Source: Eutreptiella sp. 'Long Island Sound 2002'
Taxonomy: Eukaryota > Protista > Euglenida
Direction: 5' to 3'
Length of the DNA: 64,000 bases
Assembly: GCA_964036045.1 (NCBI GenBank)
Contig: OZ038378.1
Span: 173,848,001-173,912,000, forward strand
Shown: positions 11,340-21,497 of the stretch, piece after piece
Layout of the letters: each line of letters starts with the position of its first letter
Numbering within the stretch: position 1 is the stretch's first letter
Translations under genes and position numbers: made by a program
The notes under the pieces: model-generated
Databases searched by the model: none
Told to the model about the DNA's origin: nothing
Seen by the model: only the letters and a program-made list of their open reading frames with translations

Positions 11340-12860
11340 TTACGGAGCTGGGTCTCCCAGTAATGGTTTACAACCCATTTTAGGGTGTAAGGTGAGCAAT
11401 GTATTTTAGCAGCAGCAGCAGCAGCAGCAGCAGCAAGCAGCAAGCAGCAACAGGCGGTCATATTTTTTTTGTGAAGACACCAGGGCTCAAAGTCACGATT
11501 GCAGTAGCCCAAAACGACAGCAGAGCAAATGTGCTTCATAGGAAACAAGTTTCGTGTGACTTCGAGTTGTCTAATCCGTTTTATGGCCAATCTAGTGTCT
11601 AAAAAGAGCCATTTTCAGCCTGGTTTTAGGACGATCATCCCGAAAGTTCAGGATGATGACCAGTGTGTCATGCACGTGTCTCCAATGAAGGTCGTTCTTC
11701 TTTCGTAGCGATTGAGCAATCAAATGATTGAAAATGAGTTTTCAATGAGCTGCCTATCGTGAAATGGTGCCATATAGTACTCCATGTAGAGGTGAAAATG
11801 AGCAATCCTGTAGCAATTTCAGCCACCTTTGCTCGCGCCACCTTTGGTCCTTATTCATCTCTCTTTCCTCCTCAAAATGGACCACTGCATGACACTATGG
11901 TGTGGGAGACGCCTCATTGGGCACCCATTTGCAATCCCCTGATAGCTTGATCGCCATGGAAGACGAATGGCCCTCATTGGAGACACCTGCTTGACACTTG
12001 GAGACACTTGCCCAAACGTTCAGGAGGCCCAACTCGGTCCTGGCTGTCAGTCTTGATTACCAAGCTGGATTTCCCCTTGGAGGTTTTGCAACCCATTTTA
12101 GGGTCCACGGTGAGCAAGGTATTTTAGCTTCAGTAATGATAGTAGATTGAGCAGTAGCAAGCAGCAGGCACATAAAAACTCTTTTATGGGGACACCATGG
12201 CTCAAAGTCAAGATTGGAGTAGTCCAAAACGACGGCAGTGCAGATGCGCAATACCTGAAATAAGTTTTGTGTGATTTTGAGTCCTTTTGCCTTTTCTATG
12301 GTTGATTTAGTGTCCATAAATGGCTATTTTTTGAGCTTGTTTTCAAGATGATCGTTGTGAAAGTTGAAGACATATGCCAATATGTCAAGTAGGTGTCTTT
12401 AAGGAGGGCCGTAATGGTTAGACCATCAAAGGATTGCAAATGGGTGTCAATGAGGCATCTTTATGCCGTGGTGCCATGTCGTGGGGCAGTGTGAGGTGAA
12501 AATGGCCTGTTTTTCAACCAAGTGTCAACCAAGAGAACCATACGCACTAGCTCAATCCTTGTCGTAAGCCATGTCTCCACATGGAGGTTTTACAATGCAA
12601 TTTAGGGTCCAAGGTGAGCAAGATATTTTAGCACCGCAGTAGTAGCAAGCGGCGGCGGCAAGCAACATGTGCATATCACTTCTTTGTAGGGACACCGTGG
12701 CTCAAAGTCATGATAGGAGTAGCTGAACAGAATGACAGAGCAAATGCGCATCACGTAAAACAAGTTTTGTGCGATTTTGAGGACTTTAGACCATTCTATG
12801 GCTGGGATAGTGTCCAAAACTGGCTAGTTTTTTCTGACAATTGTCATGAAAGTCTAGCAC
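11340..12860. repeat. Diverged modular repeat array (three copies of a roughly 260-bp module plus a roughly 200-bp module in both orientations)
   Basis: CAACCCATTTTAGGG...GGCTCAAAGTCA...AAGTTT modules at about 11360, 12085 and 12595. The GTGTCA..GTCTCCAATGAG module is forward at about 11660 and reversed at about 11900-12000. Confidence 0.75.
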
Positions 12861-13128
12861 ATTGGGGGCGTTTGCGCGCTGTGCACAAAGTTTGTACAGT
12901 ACCATACCCAAACTGCATAGTAGTGCCTAGTATCAATAACAATGAGCTCACGGTGCGGTCACCATCACCACCACCCTCTCCAAGTCAGCCCAGGCGTAGT
13001 CTCCTTGCATTGCTAGAGGCTAAGCAACGCGATCCCCCGCCATCGCGGCGGTCGAATACACCGTCTACGTCGATGTCACAACCACGCGCGGCAAGCCGGC
13101 CGGCACGGCCCCCCTTCGGCTTCAACCG

Positions 13129-14067
13129 TTAGTCGTCCATCTCTACCGGTACAACAGGCGTCACATTCGCGGTAATATGCTGAAAAGCTAGAAATCCTGT
13201 TCGAGCCCACACCCCTGCCAGCTGTGCTGAGACGAACACACAGCGCATGTTTCCGGGATCAGCCGGTGCGCTCGGCTCAGACAATGCTGGAGGCCGCACT
13301 GAGCCCATAGTAGCAGGGTCATGGGTCACGCGCAATGTGCCTTGTGCCAGCCAGTGTTGTACATGTACAATCGCGCTTGGCACATATTTGTGAATGCAAG
13401 CAGCAAGTACTGAAGCAGCCTCCCTGACAGCCGGCAAGTGACCACCAGCAGCTTCCACCACTTGCACCTCCCATGACACCTCAGATATGTCACTCTTGGA
13501 ACATTGGCCAAAAATGGTGAACACATGGAACATCCCTAGATCATCGCCCACACCTCCTCCTCTTGTTTTTTGAACCTTAATGATACTGTTGTCTGTCAGA
13601 CTATCCAGCCACACAATATGAGGATGGTGCTTGGGTGTGAATGATTTCCACGCTTCCGTTCGAGACCGATGAAGATCTGCATGGTGCAAATCAGCACAGT
13701 ACTCAGCCCAACCAAGAGTGTTTGCCCACTGGCTGTTCTGGGGAACACATCGCTGGACAGGAACCTCAATGGTGTTTACAGATCGGTGCAAAATTTTGTT
13801 GATGTCACAGGGTTCATTGCAAATGTGTAGCTGAACCAGCTGATGGGCAGTGTCCACTGCACTCACCTGCCACACTCCAGGGCAGAAACAGCATGAACAA
13901 TGGGCAATGCACGTGTCGCTTTGCCAAATGCAATAAAATGCTTGGCCGCAACATGGTCCCCAGTGTTGGGGAATACCGCAGTATTTGGCCACACTTTGGT
14001 ACCTTTCACGTGCAATGCAGCCTCCCCAGGGGGCGTACCGTGCGCTGTGCACGCGCTGTGCGCGCAC
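13129..14067 (-). CDS. Hypothetical Cys/His-rich protein, start uncertain
   Basis: 312-codon ORF in non-repetitive sequence with a cluster CIAHCSCCFCP...HICNEPC. The ORF start falls inside an 11-bp repeat cluster. No family recognised. Confidence 0.35.
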   Translation of the reverse strand: MRAQRVHSARYAPWGGCIARERYQSVAKYCGIPQHWGPCCGQAFYCIWQSDTCIAHCSCCFCPGVWQVSAVDTAHQLVQLHICNEPCDINKILHRSVNTIEVPVQRCVPQNSQWANTLGWAEYCADLHHADLHRSRTEAWKSFTPKHHPHIVWLDSLTDNSIIKVQKTRGGGVGDDLGMFHVFTIFGQCSKSDISEVSWEVQVVEAAGGHLPAVREAASVLAACIHKYVPSAIVHVQHWLAQGTLRVTHDPATMGSVRPPALSEPSAPADPGNMRCVFVSAQLAGVWARTGFLAFQHITANVTPVVPVEMDD

Positions 14068-14176
14068 TGTGCGAAAAGTTGGCTGTTCTCCACCACCGGG
14101 AGTCCGGTAAGTTCAGAAGATTGAAAGGACGTCATTGAATGGCTGCTGCAGTGGACGGGGCTATAGGGGGCAGAAT

Positions 14177-17100
14177 TTAGGTCCCTGGGACCCATGGCAA
14201 GCATGAGATGTTTGAATTTTTGAGTTTTGAATTGATTGTACATGATTCCGCAGGTGGGTGGTTTTCAGGGTTGTTACCTGGATAATCACCGTAATAATTG
14301 GCGCTGTGCCCGTGCTGTGCGCGCGCTGTGCCCGCGCTGTGCGAAAACGCCCCCCCACCCTCATCATACAGCAACCGGATCCTATCATCGAGGCTTAAAT
14401 TGCATCGCTCCCGCAAAAATGCGCTGTACCACGTGATCTGAGGGTCGTTTGGCTTTTGAGGGTCGTGTGCTGAGCTCCCTGAGGGCCCATTTGAGGTTCC
14501 GGAGGTTCCAAGACTTGCTTTTTCAGCAAGACGCCCTCTTGTTGACCTGCGGGAGTGCAGGACAACATATGGATGAGTGCTTGGCTCCACATGTTGGATG
14601 TCATTTGCTGTCCGCAGACCGGGAATTGTGGGCATGCAAGGGTGAACAGCTGCGGGCTCTTGGGTAGCACACTGGGATGCAGCATCCTGTGCATGATCGC
14701 TCATTTCCCTCTGTGCACTGTCAGTGACAACGGCCTGGGGGCTGTGATCAGATGGTGGCTCCCCTTGGGCACAATTTCCTGTCCAGAAGCATTTTCCATA
14801 GTCCACAATGATCTCCTCATCAGTTTGAATGGAACCAAATGACATGACATCAATCCAAATTGAATGCGCGGACCGTCTTTTTACAAAGACCGCATTATAA
14901 TGCTGCACGTCTTTTGCTCCATTAGCAAAGGACATGACACCCTCCCCGTAAATCCATACCCCGCGCTGGCCGGGCTCGCAACCCCCCTTCCCCCCACTGT
15001 CCATGCACAGCAGCCTTCCCTCCCGCCAGCGCCTCATCATTTCATGATTCTCTCCAAATGTTGTGCAATATGTAATACCATCATATTCGCCAAGCTTGGT
15101 GTCGTCTTTGATCATTGCACCTGAGTTGAAGAGCCCCATCCCACTGTTTCTAGGTTGCTTGCTCTCCGCCACCCGCAGCTGGTCTAGAGCATCAAAGCGC
15201 GCAATGGCAGGTTTGTGCTTTTTCTGCTTTGGATGTGCTTTCTGTCCCCAATCCAAATCTTGGGCCTCGTCACTGTAATTGCTGTCCTCAGCCCTTTTGC
15301 GCTTGGTTGCGCAGGTTCGTTGTGGCCGCTTGCGGCTTGCAATGCTATCAGAAGGCGTCACACTTGCAGCAATGGTGTCACCAGAAGCGGCATCTGTTGC
15401 TTTGTCTGCTGGGCTTGGTACAGTGGCGCGGCCCCCCCTGCTAGACGCATGAAGCTCTGTGTCTTGTTGAGGACCAGCTGCATTAGCAGCATCTGCAGCA
15501 TCTGCAGGATTAGCAGGATCCGCAGGATCAGCAGCATCAGCAGCATCAGCAAGGTGTGGCCGCTTGCAGCCTGCAATGCTATTAGAAGGTGCCACGCTTG
15601 TAGCAGTGGGGTCACCAGGTTGTACACTTGTGATGTCCTCCACGGGGCAATCAACGGCACCCGTTGCTTTGTCTGCCGGGCTTGGCCCAGTGGCGTGGTC
15701 CCCACTGCTAGAGGCATGAAGCTCTGTGTCTTGTGGAGGACTAGCGGCATCAGCAGGATCAGCAGCATCTGCAGGATCAGCAGCATCGGCAGGATCAGCA
15801 GCATCGGTAGGACGAGCAGCATCAGCAGCATCAGCAAGATCAGCAGCACCGGCAATGTCAGTAGGATCAACACCATCAGCAAGGTGTGGAGGACCAGCCG
15901 CATCAGCAGCATCTGCAGGATCAGCAGGATTAGCAGCATCAGCAGGATCAGCAGCATCAACAACATCACCAGGTACAACAGCATCAGCAGCATCAACAGC
16001 ATCAACAGCATCAGCAAGGTCGGTAGGATCAACACCATCAGCAGGGTGCGGAGGACCAGCTGTATCAGCAGCATCTGCAGGATCAGCAGGATTAGCAGCA
16101 TCGGCAGGATCAGCAGCATCGGTAGGACCAGCAGCATCAGCAGCATCGGCAGGATCAGCAGCACCGGCAACGTCAGTAGGATCAACACCATCAGCAGGGT
16201 GCGGAGGACCAGCTGTATCAGCAGCATCTGCAGGATCAGCAGGATTAGCAGCATCGGCAGGATCAGCAGCATCGGTAGGACGAGCAGCATCAGCGGCATC
16301 GGCAGGATCAGCAGCATCGGCAACGTCAGTAGGATCAACACCATCAGTAGGGTGTGGAGGACCAGCCGCATCAGCAGCATTTGCAGGATCAACAGGATTA
16401 GCAGCATCAGCAGGATCGGCAACATCTCCAGGTACAACATCATCAGCAGCATCAGCAGGATCAACAAGGTCGGTAGGATCAGCACCATCAGCAGGGTGTG
16501 CCCTCTCATTGCTTGCAATGCTATTGGAAGGTGCCATGCTTGCAGCAGTGGTGTCACCAGGTTGTACACTTGTGATGTCCTCCACTGGCCAATCGGCAGC
16601 ATCCGTTGCTTTGTCTGTTGGGCTTGGCACAGTGGCAGTGGTGTGGCCCCCACTACTTGACGCGCGAAGCTTTGTGTCTTGTGGAGGACCAGCAGGATCA
16701 ACAGGATCAGCAGGTTTAGCCGCATCAGCATCAGCAGGGTGTGGCTGCTTGCATCCTGCAATGCTATCAGAAGGTGCCACACTTGCAGCAGTGGTGTCAC
16801 CAGGTTGTACACTTGTGATGTCCTCCACTGGCCAATCGGCAGCATCCGTTGCTTTGTCTGTTGGGCTTGGCACAGTGGCAGTGGTGTGGCCCCCACTACT
16901 TGACGCGCGAAGCTTTGTGTCTTGTGGAGGACCAGCAGGATCAACAGGATCAGCAGGTTTAGCCGCATCAGCATCAGCAGGGTGTGGCTGCTTGCATCCT
17001 GCAATGCTATCAGAAGGTGCCACACTTGCAGCAGTGGTGTCACCAGGTTGTACACTTGTGATGTCCTTCACTGGGCAATTGGCACCGCTGTTGGGACATT

Positions 17101-17239
17101 CACGCTCACGGGGCAGATCGCCTTCACGCTCAACATCAAAGCCGAGGCCCAAAAGAGGGCGCGCTCCGAAGACTACGGCACACTCCCGAAAGAACGAGAA
17201 GGAGCGCAACACTACTGTTTGACCGATTTGCCCGTCCAT
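14177..17239 (-). CDS. SET (PR/SET-like) domain protein with long Ala/Asp/Pro repeat N-terminus
   Basis: 1020-codon ORF. The SET domain at about 14783-15178 reads LRVAES...GMGLFN...LGEYDG...VMSFANGAKDVQHYNAVF...IQTDEEIIVDYGKCFW. A basic NLS-like RKRPQR/TKRKR precedes it. A 243-bp module is tandemly repeated (starts 16561, 16804, 17047) alongside 9-bp DAA/DPA units. Confidence 0.8.
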   Translation of the reverse strand: MDGQIGQTVVLRSFSFFRECAVVFGARPLLGLGFDVEREGDLPRERECPNSGANCPVKDITSVQPGDTTAASVAPSDSIAGCKQPHPADADAAKPADPVDPAGPPQDTKLRASSSGGHTTATVPSPTDKATDAADWPVEDITSVQPGDTTAASVAPSDSIAGCKQPHPADADAAKPADPVDPAGPPQDTKLRASSSGGHTTATVPSPTDKATDAADWPVEDITSVQPGDTTAASMAPSNSIASNERAHPADGADPTDLVDPADAADDVVPGDVADPADAANPVDPANAADAAGPPHPTDGVDPTDVADAADPADAADAARPTDAADPADAANPADPADAADTAGPPHPADGVDPTDVAGAADPADAADAAGPTDAADPADAANPADPADAADTAGPPHPADGVDPTDLADAVDAVDAADAVVPGDVVDAADPADAANPADPADAADAAGPPHLADGVDPTDIAGAADLADAADAARPTDAADPADAADPADAADPADAASPPQDTELHASSSGDHATGPSPADKATGAVDCPVEDITSVQPGDPTATSVAPSNSIAGCKRPHLADAADAADPADPANPADAADAANAAGPQQDTELHASSRGGRATVPSPADKATDAASGDTIAASVTPSDSIASRKRPQRTCATKRKRAEDSNYSDEAQDLDWGQKAHPKQKKHKPAIARFDALDQLRVAESKQPRNSGMGLFNSGAMIKDDTKLGEYDGITYCTTFGENHEMMRRWREGRLLCMDSGGKGGCEPGQRGVWIYGEGVMSFANGAKDVQHYNAVFVKRRSAHSIWIDVMSFGSIQTDEEIIVDYGKCFWTGNCAQGEPPSDHSPQAVVTDSAQREMSDHAQDAASQCATQEPAAVHPCMPTIPGLRTANDIQHVEPSTHPYVVLHSRRSTRGRLAEKASLGTSGTSNGPSGSSAHDPQKPNDPQITWYSAFLRERCNLSLDDRIRLLYDEGGGAFSHSAGTARAQHGHSANYYGDYPGNNPENHPPAESCTINSKLKNSNISCLPWVPGT

Positions 17240-17479
17240 GGCATTGAAAGGTCATTCGAGACATTTGGATGGGTTCCGCCCATGACTAAGGGTTGGGGTG
17301 AAACATCAGGTTGTGCAACATTGTGGGGGTGTAGTATGGTCCACAGAGGCAAGAATATTGTCAGTGGTAGCAAAAAATCCCCAATTTATCCATGTAATGT
17401 GTGCGCCGTGCCCGCGCCGTGCGTGCTGTGCGCGCGCTGTGCACAAATGCCCTCATTTGCTAGTGTGTCAAACGGCCGA

Positions 17480-18830
17480 CTCCAAGGAGGGCGGTTCTTC
17501 TTCCACAATGATTGGACCATTAAATGATGGCAAACGGGGGTTCTGCTCAACGAGGCGCGTGATGCCATGGTGCCATGAGGTGGTCCATTTTTAGGTCAAA
17601 ATGAGCCATTTTTTTAGCTCAATGTTCAGAATCATCTTCTGTAATGTTCCAAACGATCACCAATGTGTCATGTGAGCATCTCCAATGAGGTCCGCTCTTC
17701 TTCCATAGCGATTGGGCTTCAAATGATTACAAATGGTAAACCCCCCCCCCCCCCAATAGTGTAGTGTAGTGTAGGAGTGGTACAGAACTGGTCTGCGCTG
17801 CAGTGCAGCAAGGCAAAACACTGAACTGTGTGGTGATGACCATGCGCCTGTGACACGGGGGTGTATGCGAGCCTAGTATCCGTTGCCTCATGGCCAATAG
17901 TGTAGCCCCCCCAAATACTATACCCCCCCAAATACTATACCCCCCTTGGCTTAATAAGCGTTTTGCCAAATAGTATACCCCCTTTTCATCACATACAAGC
18001 AAACGAAACACGATTCAGAATCAGAATCACCCATGGAGCCAACACAAAGCAAAACTGAATAGCAAGCAGTGGTAGTGGCAGTGACAGTGTACAACAAGCA
18101 TGCACACAAAGCATATCTAACAGCCGCATCAGCATCGAAGCCGGATGCCACTCATCTGGATAGGGCTGCATACCTATGACGAAAGAGAAGACAACGAGGG
18201 GTGAGGGTGAGGGTGACAGCGAAAGGGCTGAAATACCATACCCCCCAATTAGTATACCCCCCAAATAGTATACCCCCCTGGCCCTATTGAGCGTCAGGCA
18301 AATAACGTACCCCGGGGTACAGTATTTGGGGGGGGGGGGTTTAGTCAAATATGGCGTCCTTGACGACATGTTGCCATGTTGAGGTGAAAATGAGCCATTT
18401 TTCAGCCAGTGTTCAAGACAATTTTCCTCAACGTTCCAAATGATCACCAATGTGTCATGTGAGCGTCTCCAATGAGAGTTGTTCTTCGACAGCAATTGGG
18501 CTTCAAATGATTGCCAATGGGTGTCCAATATGGGGTCCTTGACGTCGTGTTGCCCTGCGGTGGTGAATTTTGAGGTGAAAATGAGCCATTTTTCAGCCTG
18601 TTTTCAAGACAATGGTATTGATCTTTTCGGATGATCACTAGTGTGTCAAGTAGGCGTCTCCACTGAGGGTTGTTCTTCTTCCATACTGATTGGGTTGTGA
18701 AATGATTGCAAATGTGCGTTCAATGAGGTGTCTCTCACGCCATGGTGTCCATTTTTGCCTCAAAATGGACCACCACATGGCACCACGGCATGAGAGACAC
18801 CTCATTGAACACCCATTTGAAGTTGTTTGA
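17480..18830. repeat. Modular repeat array homologous to 11.6-12.5 kb, ending in a fold-back
   Basis: AAAATGAGCCATTTTT...GTGTCATGTGAGCGTCTCCAATGAG units at about 17620, 18390 and 18580. Inverted arms 18718-18747 and 18781-18810 match at 28 of 30 positions. Confidence 0.75.
17739..18341. mobile_element. MITE inserted into a repeat unit, TA target duplication
   Basis: TA|AACCCCCCCCCCCCCCAATA ... TATTTGGGGGGGGGGGGTT|TA. The flanks rejoin to ATGGTAGTCAAATATGG, matching the intact unit ATGGGTGTCCAATATGG at about 18520. Internal ATACCCCCCAAATAGT repeats. Confidence 0.75.
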
Positions 18831-19009
18831 TAGTTCAATTGCTGTGAAAGACGAACAACCCTCACTGGTGACTGGCATATGGCATATAGCAGCACCATGT
18901 GCCTTGCACAACGGTAAAGGCCTGCAGTGAAGCATGGAAGTAGGGGAAGGGGCTATTGCACAAGCACTACACTGGCACAGTGTGGTAATCTGCTTCATTT
19001 CGGGTGCTA

Positions 19010-19260
19010 CCCCCCCCCCCCCCCTTTGTAATCCCCCCCCCTGGGGGGGGGGGTCCGTCACTTTGCCCAAAAAGCATAGAAAATACTGGGTGCCAAAGAA
19101 AAATTTTAAAGGCGCCGCAGCTGATTTACACTATACTATGGTACAGATTTGTGGTGCAATCCCCCCCCCCCCCAAGGGGGGGAACCGTCACTTCATGCCC
19201 CCCCCCCCCCCTGGGGGGGGAACTGGCCTGACAAAAGGGGGGAGATTGCAGGGGGGGGGG
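19010..19260. mobile_element. MITE-like element, copy 2 of the 5978-6230 family
   Basis: Shared AAAGCATAG.AAATACT, AGATTTGTGGTGCAAT and GGCCTGACAAAAGGGGGGAGATTGCAGGG. Preceded by TA. Confidence 0.65.
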
Positions 19261-20510
19261 TGGTTGTGCTCAAATTCCCACACCAAAATTGCATCCTTGC
19301 GGAGGTAGTGGCAGCAAATATTTGCCCACCATGGTGCACGCAAGACGGGGACCTTGGGTGGCACCGGGAACCAAAGCAGGTGGTGACAGGGTTGTAGCGC
19401 ACGCCGCAGACTACCTTCCTGTGGGCCATCAAAAGATGCTCCAAAACATATGTGCACCATGTGTGCATCGTGTGACAACACCCCCCAAGGTTTTTTTTAG
19501 TGCTGTGGTACCCTATGGAGGGGTGGGTGGGGTTTTGGAGTGGGTGGGCGGGTCCTTGAGAATTCACCCCACCCTTGTGGGGGTATGCCATGAGTGGATT
19601 GGTCATTTGTGGCTGGTCATAATGCTTGTGCTCCACTACGGGGACCCCAAGAAAGCGGGTGTTGTGTAGCCACATTGATTCCTACCCACTATAGGGACCC
19701 CTTGGCTTGGGGTTATGGAGCCAGCCCCCCGCCCGTAGCCAACAAAAAACAACAAAAAGGCTTGACAAGGATTCTGGTCGTCCTAAGTGCTTGTGTGAGT
19801 GCACTCTGGGCCCTTGAATTACCCGGCTCCATTGAGGGTGCTTGTACAGCTTGTTGTACAAGGCTATTGAGGCTATTGAGGGAATCTTGCTGCGCAGGGC
19901 GTGCATGGGCATCTCTTAGGCACGTTTTGTACCCGAGGCAATGTTTTTGTGTTGCAAAAAGGCGGTAGAGAAGCACATTCTGCTGCATTTGACTTCACAG
20001 CTTGCGTACCACCTTGTGTGCCGGCGCAAACCACTCGTGTTTTCTCCAAAGACGCTTGTGTAGCACATGTGCTGCACTGGTGACACTGTCATTGCATGCG
20101 ATGTTGGGCTTCTGCCACATGGGAATGAGTTCCAGCACAGATGTGCAGACAGGTGTACAAGGGGTAGTTGTGTGGGATAGGAGCGAGCAAAGGGGGCAGA
20201 GAGAGGGGGAGAGAATGAAGGGGGGGGGGGGCAGGGAGGGGGAGGGAGGGGTACGGGATATTGGGCAGTCGATCTTCAAACTTTGGGGCGTTTCGCCGAG
20301 TTCAGCAAGCAGTCCGGCCACGTGGAGGTTCTCCTGGACAGTATGGCCTGCGCAGGACTCTGTAAGGACAGGCCGCTCCATGTCACAAGGGGTCCTGCAT
20401 CTGTAGTGAGCACTCTAAATGCACAGGGATTGGTCTCACGCAACGATGCAGAATCTGTGCTGAAACCATCTGACACGGGTTGTGAGGTTCTTTCGTGTGC
20501 ACAGACCAAA

Positions 20511-21497
20511 ATGTATGCAGCGCAGCCCAATTATATGGACCCCAAGTACTATTTGGTCCCTCCGAATACTCCGAGTACGCCGTTGCCTTGGATCCAGCCG
20601 ACCAGCATTGCCTATCCACCTGCTGGGGTTACCTACGTCCCTTACACCCCCTACTTCGTGCAGCCCAGCGTAGCCTACGGGATGTCAGATTCATTTGAGG
20701 ACCCGCTTGTTAGAGAAACGAAGATGCGCAACACCATCAAGATCATCAAACTGTTTGCCGTGATCGGGATCGTCGGTGGTATTCTGTTCATTGCCGCAAA
20801 CTTGACAGTAGTGATCAAATCGATCAGCGACGCTGTTGATAAATCTACGCAGGGACAAGGATTTGACTACGAAGGTGCGCTTGGTATTGTGCTGCTGTGC
20901 ACCCTCTTGGTGCCCATCGTGTGGTTCATTTGCAACAATGGCCACTATTGCCTTGGGGACAAGATCTTCTTCTGTTGGCCATGTGGCGGCCGGCCAATGC
21001 GACTGGATCCAAGTGCAAGCTATGTGGGCTCATGCATGAGCATGTGCTGCGTCTGCAACAAGCACACCCCACTGACAGTAAAGCATGCTTGCTGCTTGCC
21101 CTACCGATGCTTTGGCTACGCACCTGTGCCACTACTGGCCGGCGAATTCCTCGGCCCCATTCAGGGCGAAGCTGAAAGCGATTACATTGCAGCTGTCAAG
21201 GAAGCCAGTTGGACCTCCAACGCTGGGGTGTACCTAATCCCCATCTACATCATCAATGTTGCCTTCTTCATCGGAGCAATGAGCTCTGATTGGGATAATG
21301 CTGCTTACATTGTGCCATTGGTCATTGTGTTCATTCCCCTTGTACTTGCGCTCTTCGGCTGCTACAAGATCTGTAAGTATGACAACAAACCAGAAAATAT
21401 CGCAAAGGAGCAGCTCCGCATCGAGCATTATGGCTATGGCCAAACATACAATTTCCGCCAGCGGATTGGCCAGAATGGGATACCACAGCTGGTGTGA
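20511..21497 (+). CDS. Multi-pass (about four TM) membrane protein with Pro/Tyr-rich N-terminus and Cys-rich loop; function unknown
   Basis: Uninterrupted ORF with regular codon usage. Four hydrophobic segments: LFAVIGIVGGILFIAA, ALGIVLLCTLLVPIVWFIC, VYLIPIYIINVAFFIGAM, YIVPLVIVFIPLVLALFGC. The ATG is preceded by a pyrimidine tract and ACAG (acceptor-like). Confidence 0.8.
   Translation: MYAAQPNYMDPKYYLVPPNTPSTPLPWIQPTSIAYPPAGVTYVPYTPYFVQPSVAYGMSDSFEDPLVRETKMRNTIKIIKLFAVIGIVGGILFIAANLTVVIKSISDAVDKSTQGQGFDYEGALGIVLLCTLLVPIVWFICNNGHYCLGDKIFFCWPCGGRPMRLDPSASYVGSCMSMCCVCNKHTPLTVKHACCLPYRCFGYAPVPLLAGEFLGPIQGEAESDYIAAVKEASWTSNAGVYLIPIYIINVAFFIGAMSSDWDNAAYIVPLVIVFIPLVLALFGCYKICKYDNKPENIAKEQLRIEHYGYGQTYNFRQRIGQNGIPQLV

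Noticed and set aside
10642-11342. Telomere-like CCCTAA and TTAGGG hexamers in inverted orientation
   Set aside because: Only two to three units each and a 12-bp match. Not enough for a telomeric remnant or an element boundary.
15215-17222. Long ORFs of 481, 498 and 565 aa overlapping the SET gene in other frames
   Set aside because: By-products of the 9-bp repeat, which lacks stops in several frames. Only the 14177-17239 frame contains a recognisable domain.
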